A stretch of DNA of 63,098 bases, filler included, from Asterionella formosa (Eukaryota): assembly GCA_002256025.1 (NCBI GenBank). It is 21 parts of 21 records of this genome, joined end to end, with 100 filler letters (N's around TTAATTAATTAA, not from the genome) between each part and the next. Parts side by side here need not be neighbours in the genome. Positions count along the whole stretch, not along the records: positions 34,843 to 54,074 come from NKIB01003777.1; positions 54,175 to 55,365 come from NKIB01003778.1; positions 55,466 to 56,644 come from NKIB01003779.1; positions 56,745 to 57,935 come from NKIB01003780.1; positions 58,036 to 59,226 come from NKIB01003781.1; positions 59,327 to 60,517 come from NKIB01003782.1; positions 60,618 to 61,808 come from NKIB01003783.1; positions 61,909 to 63,098 come from NKIB01003784.1; 13 more parts are not named here. The stretch is one strand, 5' to 3'. Each line of letters begins with the position of its first letter. The first letter of the stretch is position 1. Of the stretch, positions 50,201 through 62,032 are shown piece by piece. Under the pieces are notes generated by a model. The model was not told where the DNA came from, did not search any database, and saw only the letters and a list, made by a program, of their open reading frames with translations. Both the position numbers and the translations under genes were made by a program.

Positions 50201-52688
50201 GTCGGTCCATACAACATCGCTGCCTTTCTGACCATTGCCTAATGCAAACGAGATTTCATCAGTGTTACTGGAGGTGAAGCATCCAGACAAAAGAGATCTG
50301 AGGCCTATCTTCCTGCGTCTTAGACGATCTGCAACTCTCTCATCACTTACGCACATACTGTCAACAAAATGGATTAGAAACGCAATTGAATACAAGCTAT
50401 TGTATCTAGATGCATTGGCAATTACTTACTCGCTCAACATGCTGTACAGAATTGACCGCTCCATTGACATCTGGCGCAGCACACTGGTAAACACAGTATC
50501 CTTTCGTCTCCCATCCGATTGTTCACTTTCCAACCCTTCTTCGCTTGCAATACTCGATGCAGCAGACTTGGCAAGAAATGACTCTCGCACATAGTACATG
50601 TTGTAGGCGTCTTGACTCCCTTTTGCAAATCTACCTTTCTTTTTTCCGCCGGCTCCATCGAAAGAAATTACACTGCAATTTGGGCCATCTTCCAAGATTT
50701 TCACAAGTTCGTCATTAAACTCAAACCACTTTCCTGTTTGCCAATCCATGGCTTCAGCGACATAGTGCCCATGATACGCTGAGTTGCCACGATGCTGCAT
50801 GACAGCACACAACACGTACTTGGTTGGGTTCATCTTATCCTTGGAGGGAACCTGCAAAGTTTGACTCAACATGACCCCGTCTGTGAGTTTCTTTTTCACA
50901 AATTTTTCTTTGTCAAAGATGTAGCGGCAAAGCTGAAGGTTCAGCACAGGAGGGAGAGCACAAAACACTACTTGCCGAGTTGCGTTCTGCTTGCTCTTGC
51001 ATTGGTCACAAAAATATTGATTGTCAACCGTGAGATCCTCAGGGTAAAGATACCTATCTAAGCAGTACTGCATGTCAGTGTCTTTCATAGCGTCGAGTGC
51101 CTCTTCAAGCTTCTGCTGTCCAGAATTTGTAGGCATTTCTGCCGCTCGATGAGCGATTGGCAAATTCAGATCCATGAAATCCTCCTTTCGCTGCTTTGAA
51201 TGCCTACATTTCAAACAAATAGTTTTGTAAGCCATGCTGCCCTGGAAGAGACTTGGGAGCAGATTACCTAAAGCTTCTTGGTCTTTGTTACCACTGGCAC
51301 ATTTTTGAAAGGACTCGTGCATTCTTTCAAACAAGAGCCTTGCGAACTCGTTTGGGTCTTGCATTTCGTCATTTTTTAGACCAAGAGCCTCAGAGAGCTC
51401 GTCAGTAGATATGGATCGTTGAGCTCCATGTACCATGCGAGCGAGCAATAGCTGTAACTTTTCGAGAACGTTTTCCATAGGGTTCTTCAGTGACGAATTT
51501 GGTCGCCAAGAGAAAATGCCTTCAAGGAAGATTGTATTTCGTGCTAGGCACTGTAGTTGTGTGTTCAGATAGCACGTTGCTCCGAGGTTTATCATCCCAG
51601 GAGGTATCGCCAAGGCGAGCTTGTCATCGGCATGTAGTTCGATTTGCCTGAGAGGGTTTGAAAACACCATGGTATTGTTCCATCGCCGAACACGATGTAT
51701 GTATTCCGCTGCTGTCATGTCACTCTTACTCTTGATAACCGATTCAAAGTATGATATGATGGGTCCAATGTCAACACTCTCTACCCTCCGCAGATCATTT
51801 AATTGTGCCTGGGTCTCCCTTGAGTAAATCGACAATTCGCTGTCTGGATCCAGCACTTCGTCATCTATCGGAAGTTCCATAGTATACACATTCGATAAAT
51901 TATCGAGGGGCAATGCAACCTCTATCTTTGGTGATGGATTCTTTCCAGTATCTTCGACATCCGCTTGACGTTTGCTTTTTCGTAGTATTTCCGGTCGCTC
52001 ATTGTCGGTGTCTATAACTTCAACGATTTCACAATTTTTGATCCCTTCCTGTTCAGACGGTATCTCGTCATTTGAAAAAAACCCATAATTGTTGCCTTTG
52101 GAATGATTGGAAGGTGTTGACTGTGCAGCACATTTGTTGGTACTGTCCAGCAGGGGGAGCACCCTCTTTGCAGCCTCGCCGAGAAAGTCGTCCATCGCAC
52201 CGCCGATCGATACCAAACAAAACTGAAAACGGCAAGGTAAGATAAGCGGCCAGAACAGTCTGAAAATTGCAACATGCACTCACCGGATTGGAATCACAAT
52301 AGCTGCTGCATCCTTCAGGTCGTCGTCCTAGAGCGTTTCGAATCTGCATCGTTGTCTTTCTGTTCTTTCGTCGTCGCTGTTCCCTTTGCCTAATCGTATC
52401 TACTGTCCATGCTCGTACGGAAGGGCAGCTACTATGACAAACACGAGCAACCACGTCGTCTTCATGTTCGGCTGAAACTTCGCGGCAGATATTCCACGGA
52501 GAATCTCCAGCAGTCGTTGCGTTCTCGATGCCGCGATACGGAAAATTAATTTCATACTTTGCAATCTGAAGGAAGCGATCCCATGAAGCGTTTGATGGCT
52601 GCGCCTTCTTCTTGGTAATAGCTTGTACCATCGGTTGACTGATGGAAGATCCAACAGTGCTTTCTTGGGTCGCTCGTGTCCTTCGCAT
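47289..52688 (-). CDS. Ubiquitin carboxyl-terminal hydrolase (USP/C19), USP48/UBP26-like (4 exons)
   Basis: Cys box GMINLGATCYLN, QDPNEF, His box HRGNSAYHGHY and WFEFND; N-terminal CDSNPFCL; CxH motifs; introns 52223-52283, about 50357-50429 and about 49529-49601. Confidence 0.92.
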
Positions 52689-52949
52689 GCTGATGGTCGA
52701 CAGAAAGTGGGGAGCTGTTTGTTAATGTTCGGCAAACAAGGCGAGGAGTGTGATGGACTACGATCATGATTAATAAATATATTTATATATAGATTTCACT
52801 GGGTGCTAATTGCCAAGAATAGTAGGTACCAGGGTGAACCAGGGTACTTCCGGTACTCTACGAATAAGACAGCTAATATGATGGTCGTCATATACCGGCA
52901 TACAGCACCGTGTATACCGGTATGTACCAGTGAGGGATGATGCTTGCTG

Positions 52950-53290
52950 ACGGAGTACTAGTCGTGTGCTGAAATCTTTAGTCCTAATTCTCCTGTTCAA
53001 CAAATTCGATTGTAAGTGCCCGCTTCCAGGCTTTCAATATGATCGGTCAATGTGAATTTACTAACTCCATTTGATTGGCCTGATCTGCAGGGCATTGCAA
53101 ACCTAGCTAGTACGCTGGCCACACTTGATCACAAGTATCTTTTTTGGGGGTGTTTGCCGGTACTGTATCCACTACCATATGCCTAGTAGTACCAGTGCTG
53201 CGATAATGCACTTTGCCTTGAAAGAATGGACAAAGTGCATTGCTTTTTCGCTGATGATGATTCCGGGTTTGCATTGCGAATTAGCATTCC
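52950..53290 (-). mobile_element. Remnant of the Kolobok-like transposase C-terminal region, without the LTR insertion
   Basis: HHQRKSNALCPFFQGKVH aligns with DHQRESNILYAFFEGKVH at about 41790-41850 and continues across the LTR insertion site. Confidence 0.75.
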
Positions 53291-53336
53291 GGATTCTTGT
53301 ATGAGCAATGGTTGCTTTGATGTGCATGGTACAAAA

Positions 53337-54074
53337 GGGTCGTTCTTATCATTCCGAATTTGCTGTATCATTTCCGGGTTGCGGGCAAAAAGTGACGGTT
53401 GGTATCAAAACACGGTATCAGCAACAGTAACTTGATGGTATCAATTTTGTATCATTGATACAAAATTGATACCTTTTTTTGCCCCCTCCAAAAACGGTAT
53501 CAGTGATACTGACATATTTACGCGGGTATCATTTCCGTTGTCACTAATAAAATAACCGAAAATAAGCCTGCAAGGCAAGGCACCAGTGATAATATTAATG
53601 GCATATACTATTCCTTCAATTTTATGCTGGCTGCGTACATCGTCCAAGCAACACCATTGATACAATTATACAGCACCAGACAGAAAGTTATACTTGGCGA
53701 TCTTATAACTCCCAAGTGTTTTTGTGTATTTGTTACTACAGATCAGTCATTTGAATCTCCCTGAAGATACTACAAGCAAGGCAAATGGAACCGCATAGTA
53801 TGGAACCAGTCACACAAACGCAAACAACAACTGTTGATGTGGAGACCACTGTATATCAAGATTGACCCACCACCTTCAACGATACAATGCAGTCTCTTGC
53901 TACAGATACTGAAGTTGATCGATTTGTTGACTCCCTCATACTTCCTGATGACTTTGTGCTTGATAGTGAAAGGACAAAGGTGATTTTCATCAAAGGTGTT
54001 GCAATGAAGCAGATCTCGGTCAAGGTTCTCCGAAAAATTTGCGTCAGATACAAAGTTTCTGGATACAAAAATGC
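53337..54074 (+). mobile_element. Probable left end of a DNA transposon (GTATCA-box array plus the start of the ORF seen at 59327)
   Basis: About ten GTATCA/TGATAC boxes, a 37-bp palindrome at 53437-53473, and an ORF nearly identical to the start of the 59327 contig. Confidence 0.5.
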
Positions 54075-54439
54075 NNNNNNNNNNNNNNNNNNNNNNNNNN
54101 NNNNNNNNNNNNNNNNNNTTAATTAATTAANNNNNNNNNNNNNNNNNNNNNNNNNNNNNNNNNNNNNNNNNNNNACAACCCGCAATATGCCATAACCATG
54201 TCTATATAGGTAATGGATTCGATTGTTTTGTCTTAGGTGCATGTATACTGGCATTCGGCTACATGTTAGGCACTGATAGATATATCCCTGATGATGAGGC
54301 CGTTACTATCTGTGGATTAGTCATGTATACGTACTTCAGAATGAGCAAACCGTTACAAGTGGTACGCTATGTTTGTGGAGGTTTTAGTTAACAATTCAGT
54401 TAACAATCAAGTCGCCGACGATGACAATCTCGAGCGTTG

Positions 54440-55290
54440 CGAGGCAATCAACTCAACAAAAATGTCGGTTTTTACACATGCTACAAAGGTCGGAAATGCT
54501 TGCTTCGAAACTAATAAATACGTTATTCAAGACAAATAGTGATATGCTTATTCTCATTAAGAAATTGGCAGTGGACATGGGTGAAGCCCCATCACAATAT
54601 ATTTTGCTGGTAAGTAGATTAAACGATAGTTCTAGGGTCGGTAGGAACGGTATTAGGCTCACAATTATTAGGATATTGCCTGTGAACTTGTTATAACTCG
54701 CATCAAATGTCTTCGGTTGAAAGAACTGTTGAGGAATATCCCATCATTGAATCCTGGAATTGTTTCAGAAAGAAGATCATGGGAAATCGATATTTCTTTT
54801 CGTCAGACGAAGTAGTTGGTCTAGGATGCACCCGTTCCATTAAACTACATGTGATCCAAGAAAACGTGATGGAGACTTGGAATGCTATCGAAGACGTTTG
54901 GAACAATACCAGAGAATTTATTGTTTCGAACATTCAGCATTGAAAGAGCATTGAGATTGCAAATCGCAGGAGAAATAGTAACACTGAGCTGATTGATCGA
55001 CACGTCTAGATCTCGTAGATAATTCAGGTAATGAAGTGTATCCGGCAGAGTCCCTGTGAGTTTGTTGTCCGCAAGGTCAAGAACGATTAGATTTGACGCA
55101 CTGCTAATCGACTCTGGGAGGGTGCCGTTTAGAAGATTGGAACATATTTCAAATTTCTTCAGGTATCTTAACGATAACAAACAATATGGAACTTTACCGG
55201 TCAGCTCGTTCCTGGAGAGTACAAGGGTCTTCAGGTGATTGAAAACCCCTCTCTCAATCGGAATCCAAGCCACGTCATATTCATGGAATA
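54440..55290 (-). pseudogene. Leucine-rich-repeat (receptor-like LxLxxNxLxGxLP) gene fragment, decayed
   Basis: About six LRRs in 54845-55273, with further LRR-like text beyond stops and frameshifts (LKTFDASYNKFTG, LELSFNLLT). Confidence 0.75.
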
Positions 55291-55961
55291 AATCAAACGA
55301 TCTAGTGAAGGTTTGAGTTCACAACTAATCCAGTCAATCAACTCACAATGATGAAGATTAGGCTCNNNNNNNNNNNNNNNNNNNNNNNNNNNNNNNNNNN
55401 NNNNNNNNNTTAATTAATTAANNNNNNNNNNNNNNNNNNNNNNNNNNNNNNNNNNNNNNNNNNNNCCTATGGTGTCCCCTCGATTTAGAGATAAGGCAGT
55501 GTCAAACAATACTGGGCCTGTTGAGAAAGTGCTTTCTCTTCTTTCGACACAGTTGCTTCACAAGGCTACTCGAACTGATACTGATAACCTGCAGCAGCAA
55601 CAACTGCAGCAACAGAACATGATGAACATGATGATGATGTCAATCATAGCATCATTGTTGAATACATGGGGTATCTCAAACAACCACCTCCACTGACAGT
55701 GCCAATCCCACTCAGGCAATTATTGCTTCAAACATAATTTCAATGCAGCAAACAATTCAAAGCCAAAATCCAACCTCAACAGCAGGTGCCAAGGCACAAA
55801 AAGCTTTGTCTGCCTCAACTCAATGTCAAACACCAAAAAACAACAGTGGTAGCAGTAGTAGTGATGATGAATAACCTTAAATTAATTCATTCTAATAAAA
55901 TGTGAAAGAAGTGGTGCTAAATAATCATGAAGGAATAATTTCTTTGAATTACATGGCATAT

Positions 55962-56644
55962 CTATTTGCATATAAAAGAATGCAAATAGGGCATATACAC
56001 TGAAGCAATTTGGTTCTGACCAACTTTGCTAGCACGAAAGTAGTAGAGCAATACAATCATTTGGAGAATTAATTTCCTCTCACCTTTTTCTTCATAACGA
56101 AATTTGTCTTTGATTCTCGGAAATGATCCCTGAAGGCATCGCATTCCCCATTCCGACAGCTGTTGGATGGAGGTGGCTTGGCGATTCATACCAAATCTTT
56201 GTCGAGGATTACCATTTGCATCAACATTGTTTTGATGCGATTTCAACATTGCATTTGATTTTTTAGTAATGCAAATGCTGAATCCACAACTACTTTTTTG
56301 CCTGTATCCCTATAAACTTTTTCAATCTGATCATAGATCGATGACCAAATTGCCATGGTGGAGTCATGTAGAACACCAGGTGCATTGAAATATGAGCAGC
56401 GAATTTTTCCATCAGGCGAAAAAAGAAACAAGTTTGTCACATAGTGTTCATGGGTCCATCCATTGTAGAAGTTGTTCTGCTGTGTTTCATTTCCAGCCCA
56501 TTGCAGGGTCAGTTTCAGACCATCTGTTGCTCCCCAAAAATTTGTTATAAGTGGGTATTTCTGATTGATCATGGTTGCAAACAAGGTGGCTTCGTCTGCA
56601 GTAGGCAGTCTCACAACGGCATCTTCATGTGTCAGCAGTACTTT
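55962..56644 (-). pseudogene. PIF/Harbinger (DDE_Tnp_4) transposase C-terminal half with one frameshift
   Basis: WGATDGLK, FYNGW, PGVLHDS, VVVDSAF and QQLSEWGM..LQGSFPRIK; the frame is restored by one extra A in the run near 56260. Confidence 0.88.
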
Positions 56645-56789
56645 NNNNNNNNNNNNNNNNNNNNNNNNNNNNNNNNNNNNNNNNNNNNTTAATTAATTAA
56701 NNNNNNNNNNNNNNNNNNNNNNNNNNNNNNNNNNNNNNNNNNNNGCAGAACCGCATTAAATGACATAGAGCGAAATTCTTTGAAAGTTT

Positions 56790-56900
56790 CTTAATTGAAA
56801 ATCAGAAACATTAGTAAAAATATGGAAAGGAAAATTACGATCAGGATAACTCATGAGTGTATCTGCAACTAACAATGCTTTCATTGATGCACAAGTTTGT
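56790..56900 (-). pseudogene. Ty3/Gypsy RT-RNase H junction remnant
   Basis: MKALLVADTLMSYPDRNFPFHIFTNVSDFQL matches the LxYPDxxxPFxIxTDASDxQLG pattern, with degenerate catalytic positions. Confidence 0.7.
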
Positions 56901-58984
56901 TGATGTATGCATAGGCAACCAAACAAATGGTCTAGTTCCATTTCAATCCTGTTTTAAGATTTGAAGATCAAAATTTGAAGTCGGTTGGAGTTTATCGATA
57001 TCCCAATGAGTCAGTTTCTTTAACAGACCATTTCATATAGAATGGTGCTGGAGGACTTCAGCCATAACAGCATATTTCCGTATCTGTATAGTTAGCTAGG
57101 AGCTTGAATGTTCCATGTGTAAACATAATCCTTGATAGGTGTATCAAAATATAACAAATCATTGTGCAAATGTTCTGTGCATATCATTATAGGAATGCAT
57201 GACATGCAGAAAAACACTGATATATCCACCATACAGACAGGACATGGTATTTGTAAATTATCCGTCATAAAATAATCAGCTGGACAAATGAGCAAACTCG
57301 CAGAAGGTACTACGACCAGGTACTTCTGTTGCAAGATACAAGCTGACGGATTAAATTTTGAGAGCATCATGCTGAGTACTGGCAAGGGAAGAAAAGGTGG
57401 GATCATACCTGCTATGCATGGTATATATTAATTATAAATGTTCGATTTACAACGAAATGTCCTGAAGTGCAATCCATTCATAAGTTAAAGATCAGGACCC
57501 ACCGCGATCAAATAATATTCATCTTTTGTCATGCATATACAACGCAGCCACCAATGCTTGGGTTGCTTATGACATGAGAATGAAATGCAATTAAGCTTAT
57601 GCATTCATAGGCAAAGAAAGAATAAGACCGGAATCAGGTCTTGAGATGTGCATATGGAATGATATATTGAATCTACCTTTGCATTTTAAAATATCCCGTG
57701 TTAAAATAGCGGTGATATCCAACCTGTAATTATCCTGTAAATAACAAAAGTTATTCAGGTAATGATTGACGTAAGACATATTCAATGTGCTGTCGCTCAT
57801 AAATATATATATATATATATATGTATATTATTAAAATCATAGCATTGTTGCTTTTGTCGCACATACTTCTGTTAAGGCGATATGTTCAGCATTCTGCTGG
57901 TTTTTTTATTAGGCACATCGGCCACTAACTGACCANNNNNNNNNNNNNNNNNNNNNNNNNNNNNNNNNNNNNNNNNNNNTTAATTAATTAANNNNNNNNN
58001 NNNNNNNNNNNNNNNNNNNNNNNNNNNNNNNNNNNATATTGGACCGAAATCTTCAGCATCAACATCCATTTCTACTTTCTCAATTGAAGTAGATGATGAA
58101 CCTTTGTTTACCTGTTCCCTCAATCATCCAATTTTGGCAGACAATATTCAATATCCTCTGGAATATTACTCAATACATGATAGACAATTGCTGGATATAC
58201 AATTGATTCTCAATCAAACAACTCATCTCATTCTCAATCAACAAACCAAACACATCTGTTAAATTTTCCCTCTATCAATTTTCATCATATACATTTCATG
58301 TATTTTGTAAAGAATCCAGGAGATACTTGACGTATTGTTATTCCTACATCACTATCGAATCCTATGGTACAGTTACTTTTCAACAAACTATGCATACAAC
58401 GGAACGAATTAATATCCATTACATCAAACCTTTTCAAAGGTAAAAGGTTTTCCCTTGGTGTGGGAGAGTGAGCGATCTTGCGCATCAATACAGATGTATA
58501 TAGGGTTAGTGTTATATCATATATGTATCAGAACTCAATAATGAGAGAACTCGACTAACCCTCATTGTATACTTTGGTGTCGACTTGGAGAACGAGTTAC
58601 ACACAAGGATTAACAAATAAGCTCATATATTCAACAAATACTACTACTTCTAGTTAGATACTTCACCAGGTACCGTACCAGGGTACGTGTATGCGGGAAT
58701 AGACCATTTTATGTATTTAGAGTACCTAGTACTTAATATGGAGTCACCACGAGTACATATACTATAGCACTATATTACAGTAAATAGAGGACCAAGTCTT
58801 TTATTATAGGGGTGTGTGTATATGTCTAATATACATATACCCGAAATGAAGTGAAAACAATCAATATCTAGCTAATGAAAAATAGTGAAAAAATAATGTA
58901 GCTACAGTTGTATGAAATCATGCATCTGTGTAATAATAACCTAAACACATACTAGCTGTGTATGACCACCAGTGTGATGATCAG

Positions 58985-59226
58985 CAGATACATCGAAAAC
59001 TTTGCTTGATAGAAATCGGTCTTAAATTGGTGGAGAAAGATGGTTTGGGATACTGGTCATGCAGCAGTTCACAAGAACCGAAATTTTACACACATCTTGA
59101 TGACCAATTTGATCAATATATGTTCGTTCTGAGAATATCGATATTCGAAATGACGGCACTGATCTCGTGTACATCGAATACTATTCTGGATATAAATCGG
59201 CCTTTTATTGGTGGAGAAAGATGGTT
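58985..59226 (+). repeat. Tandem repeat family B, start of another array
   Basis: Aligns with the units at 38820-39050. Confidence 0.9.
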
Positions 59227-59326
59227 NNNNNNNNNNNNNNNNNNNNNNNNNNNNNNNNNNNNNNNNNNNNTTAATTAATTAANNNNNNNNNNNNNNNNNN
59301 NNNNNNNNNNNNNNNNNNNNNNNNNN

Positions 59327-60517
59327 TTGCTACAGATACTGAAGTCGATCAATTTGTTGACTCCCTCATACTTCCTGATGACTTTGTGCTTGATAGTGAA
59401 AGGACAAAGGTGATTTTCATCAAAGGTGTTGCAATGAAGCAGATCTCGGTCAAGGTTCTCCGAAAAATTTGCGTCAGATACAAAGTTTCTGGATACAAAA
59501 ATGCAAAGAAGGCTTTCACTGTTGCTTTGATTGCTCGACTTTTGAAGAGAGAAAGCTTGTCACAGAGGATATACCCTAGATCTTTCATTGTCAATGAATC
59601 AGACATTGAATTGGATAGTGATAATGATAATCACGAAGATTCATCAATTAATGATGAGGAATTCAAAGTCGATGAAGATTGCGAAGATGATAATGATGAA
59701 AGGAACGAAAAAGTTCAAGAGGCAACAGCAGTGCAGCCACATGAGTCTTTGGTCGATCCTCAGTTTGAACAAGAGGTAGTGAACCCTCCTGTAAAAAAGG
59801 CGAAAAAGAATAAGGCACAGGCAAAGTCAACCCCTCCAGATGCTGTGACCTGCAGCAACACATACTTCCGTGTCATTAATGTTTACATGTGCAACAAGCA
59901 TCGCAGTGATGTTTTGCGTCTAGGTCAGCCACCAACTCTGGCTGAACTTGATGCAAGAAGATTTCGACACAAGTTCATTTTCGATCGACTTGTTGTCACA
60001 TACTATAATGATGATGAGGATGACGACTGCATCATTCTAGCATTTCCCGAAGATGAATACTGGGACCAAGTTGGAATTGATGCTGACTACGCAAAAAAAT
60101 ATGATGTCCTCACTTCCAAAGACTTTTCATTGGTAATGGGATACATTAATCATCATTATCAAGTTGCCTATCGAAAAAACAAACAATCAGGCAATCATGA
60201 TGATTTTGTCAAATTTGTTGGGTCACGTCATTTCCTATATTACTACCATCTTTGGTTGTGTCAAGTTCCACATCTATTGAATTTTGCTGTACCACTGTTA
60301 CCAAAATATGCCTTCCGTGAGAGTATAGACATTGACGATACTGCCACCACATTGTCATCAAAATCAAAATCTTCAAGCAATTTCAGTGTTAGAAAGAAGG
60401 GAAGACATGCAATCTTGACGCAAAAACCTACATCATCTTCTCAAAATCTTGCAATTGCATTGGAATCATTTGAGAAGTCAAATGTTGCAAAACTCAGACT
60501 GCTAGAGTCTACAACTG
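59327..60517 (+). CDS. Partial multicopy hypothetical protein, probably a transposon accessory protein
   Basis: Frame open across the contig; FRVINV...ELD...Y..A....QSGNHDDFVKF..YYYHLW; second copy with 2 SNPs at 53897-54074. Confidence 0.65.
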
Positions 60518-60617
60518 NNNNNNNNNNNNNNNNNNNNNNNNNNNNNNNNNNNNNNNNNNNNTTAATTAATTAANNNNNNNNNNNNNNNNNNNNNNNNNNN
60601 NNNNNNNNNNNNNNNNN

Positions 60618-61683
60618 AAACTTCCCCAGGTAAGCACACCATTGTTTCCAGTTTCATATGCCAAAGTGCCCATCATTGTAAACTGACTATCATAATGCTC
60701 ACTCACACCTTCATTGTTGTCATCTTCTTCCTCCTCGACAATTTTATATGAATTATGAATGAGATTACTGGGAAATAACAAGGCAAAGCTGCCATCAGCA
60801 TTCAAGAGTTGGGGTTTAGTAGGGCCACAATGGTCAGGTGTCAATGTAGACACCATGGTTGCAGTTGATGGCTGAAAGAGGGACGAACCAGAAGTAGTAT
60901 ACATACTAGTAGTACTAGACTTAACGTCTAGTTTAGCACTTTGTTTTAGTTCATTCTTCACTTGGTTAACAGATATCCAAGGGAAAATGCATTGCTTAGC
61001 TGATACTGTCCTAGAAATAGCACCATAAGGCATTTTTCCACCATTCTTAGCCTTCTTAGCTTATAGCTCCCTAATCACATTGTTAAGACAAAACTGAACA
61101 CTGACCAACTCTTCAGGAGACAATTTCTTTCGAGGCAAGGCATTGCCTTGTCGAGGCGCTTTCGAGGTCATGGTGTTGGTGTTGTGATGGGTGATGGGTG
61201 ATTGTTGTATGTTTGCATTTAATTTTTGTACTCATAATTCGGGCGCACCAGGAATTCCTATTTGACGTTTTCCATTAATGAAATTATCTCTTTATTATGG
61301 CGCACGAGCGAAAGCGCAATGCCGTCGTAGTCATATTAAATAAATTTTAGAGGATACTAAATTAGTTTTCTAGAGGAGGAATATTCTCATACCTGCATAC
61401 GTATATAAAAGGTGATGCTTGCTCAATCGAGTAAACGTGAAAATATCCAATTTTCGCAATTTCACGTCGACAGCAACCTTTGGGCGATAATACCTAATTA
61501 ACAATGTACACAATGCAACAATACAAGTACGGAAGTATTTACTCGCTATATAAATCTGAACAACTCGTTCGTGACAATAAATAGCGTATCTTGTAAACTA
61601 AGTTCAAACCGTGCGTTTACTCCGTTTAGCGGTGGCTTACAGTTCAAAAGTCGCCGTAGCGGTGGCTTACAGTTTTTAAGTGG
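60618..61683 (-). mobile_element. 5' end of a TA-targeting DNA transposon (terminus CCACTTAAAAACTG), copy 1
   Basis: Reverse complement of 62033-63098 with a few SNPs; flanks diverge just beyond TA; ORF from 61171 has an in-frame TAA. Confidence 0.8.
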
Positions 61684-62032
61684 TACCTGGTAAAAGAAAA
61701 TGCATACATGGGTCGCATTCATTTAATGTACCTGGTGGTGGTACCGGTACCGGGGCGGAGGATGTGATTGTTTTATTACTGAAAAGTGTATTGGTACATA
61801 GTATTAGTNNNNNNNNNNNNNNNNNNNNNNNNNNNNNNNNNNNNNNNNNNNNTTAATTAATTAANNNNNNNNNNNNNNNNNNNNNNNNNNNNNNNNNNNN
61901 NNNNNNNNTAGAAGGAACCACCAGTACCAGGGTACCGGTACCAGGTACCATGTACATTGGCTATTACATACAAATGTACCAGGTATCGGTACCCTTGTGC
62001 CCGATACAGTACCGGTACCAGGTACCAGGGTA

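Noticed and set aside
58036..58250. Possible Gypsy pol remnant (LNHP...YPLEY..I...Q..D)
   Set aside because: Too short and decayed to call without a search.
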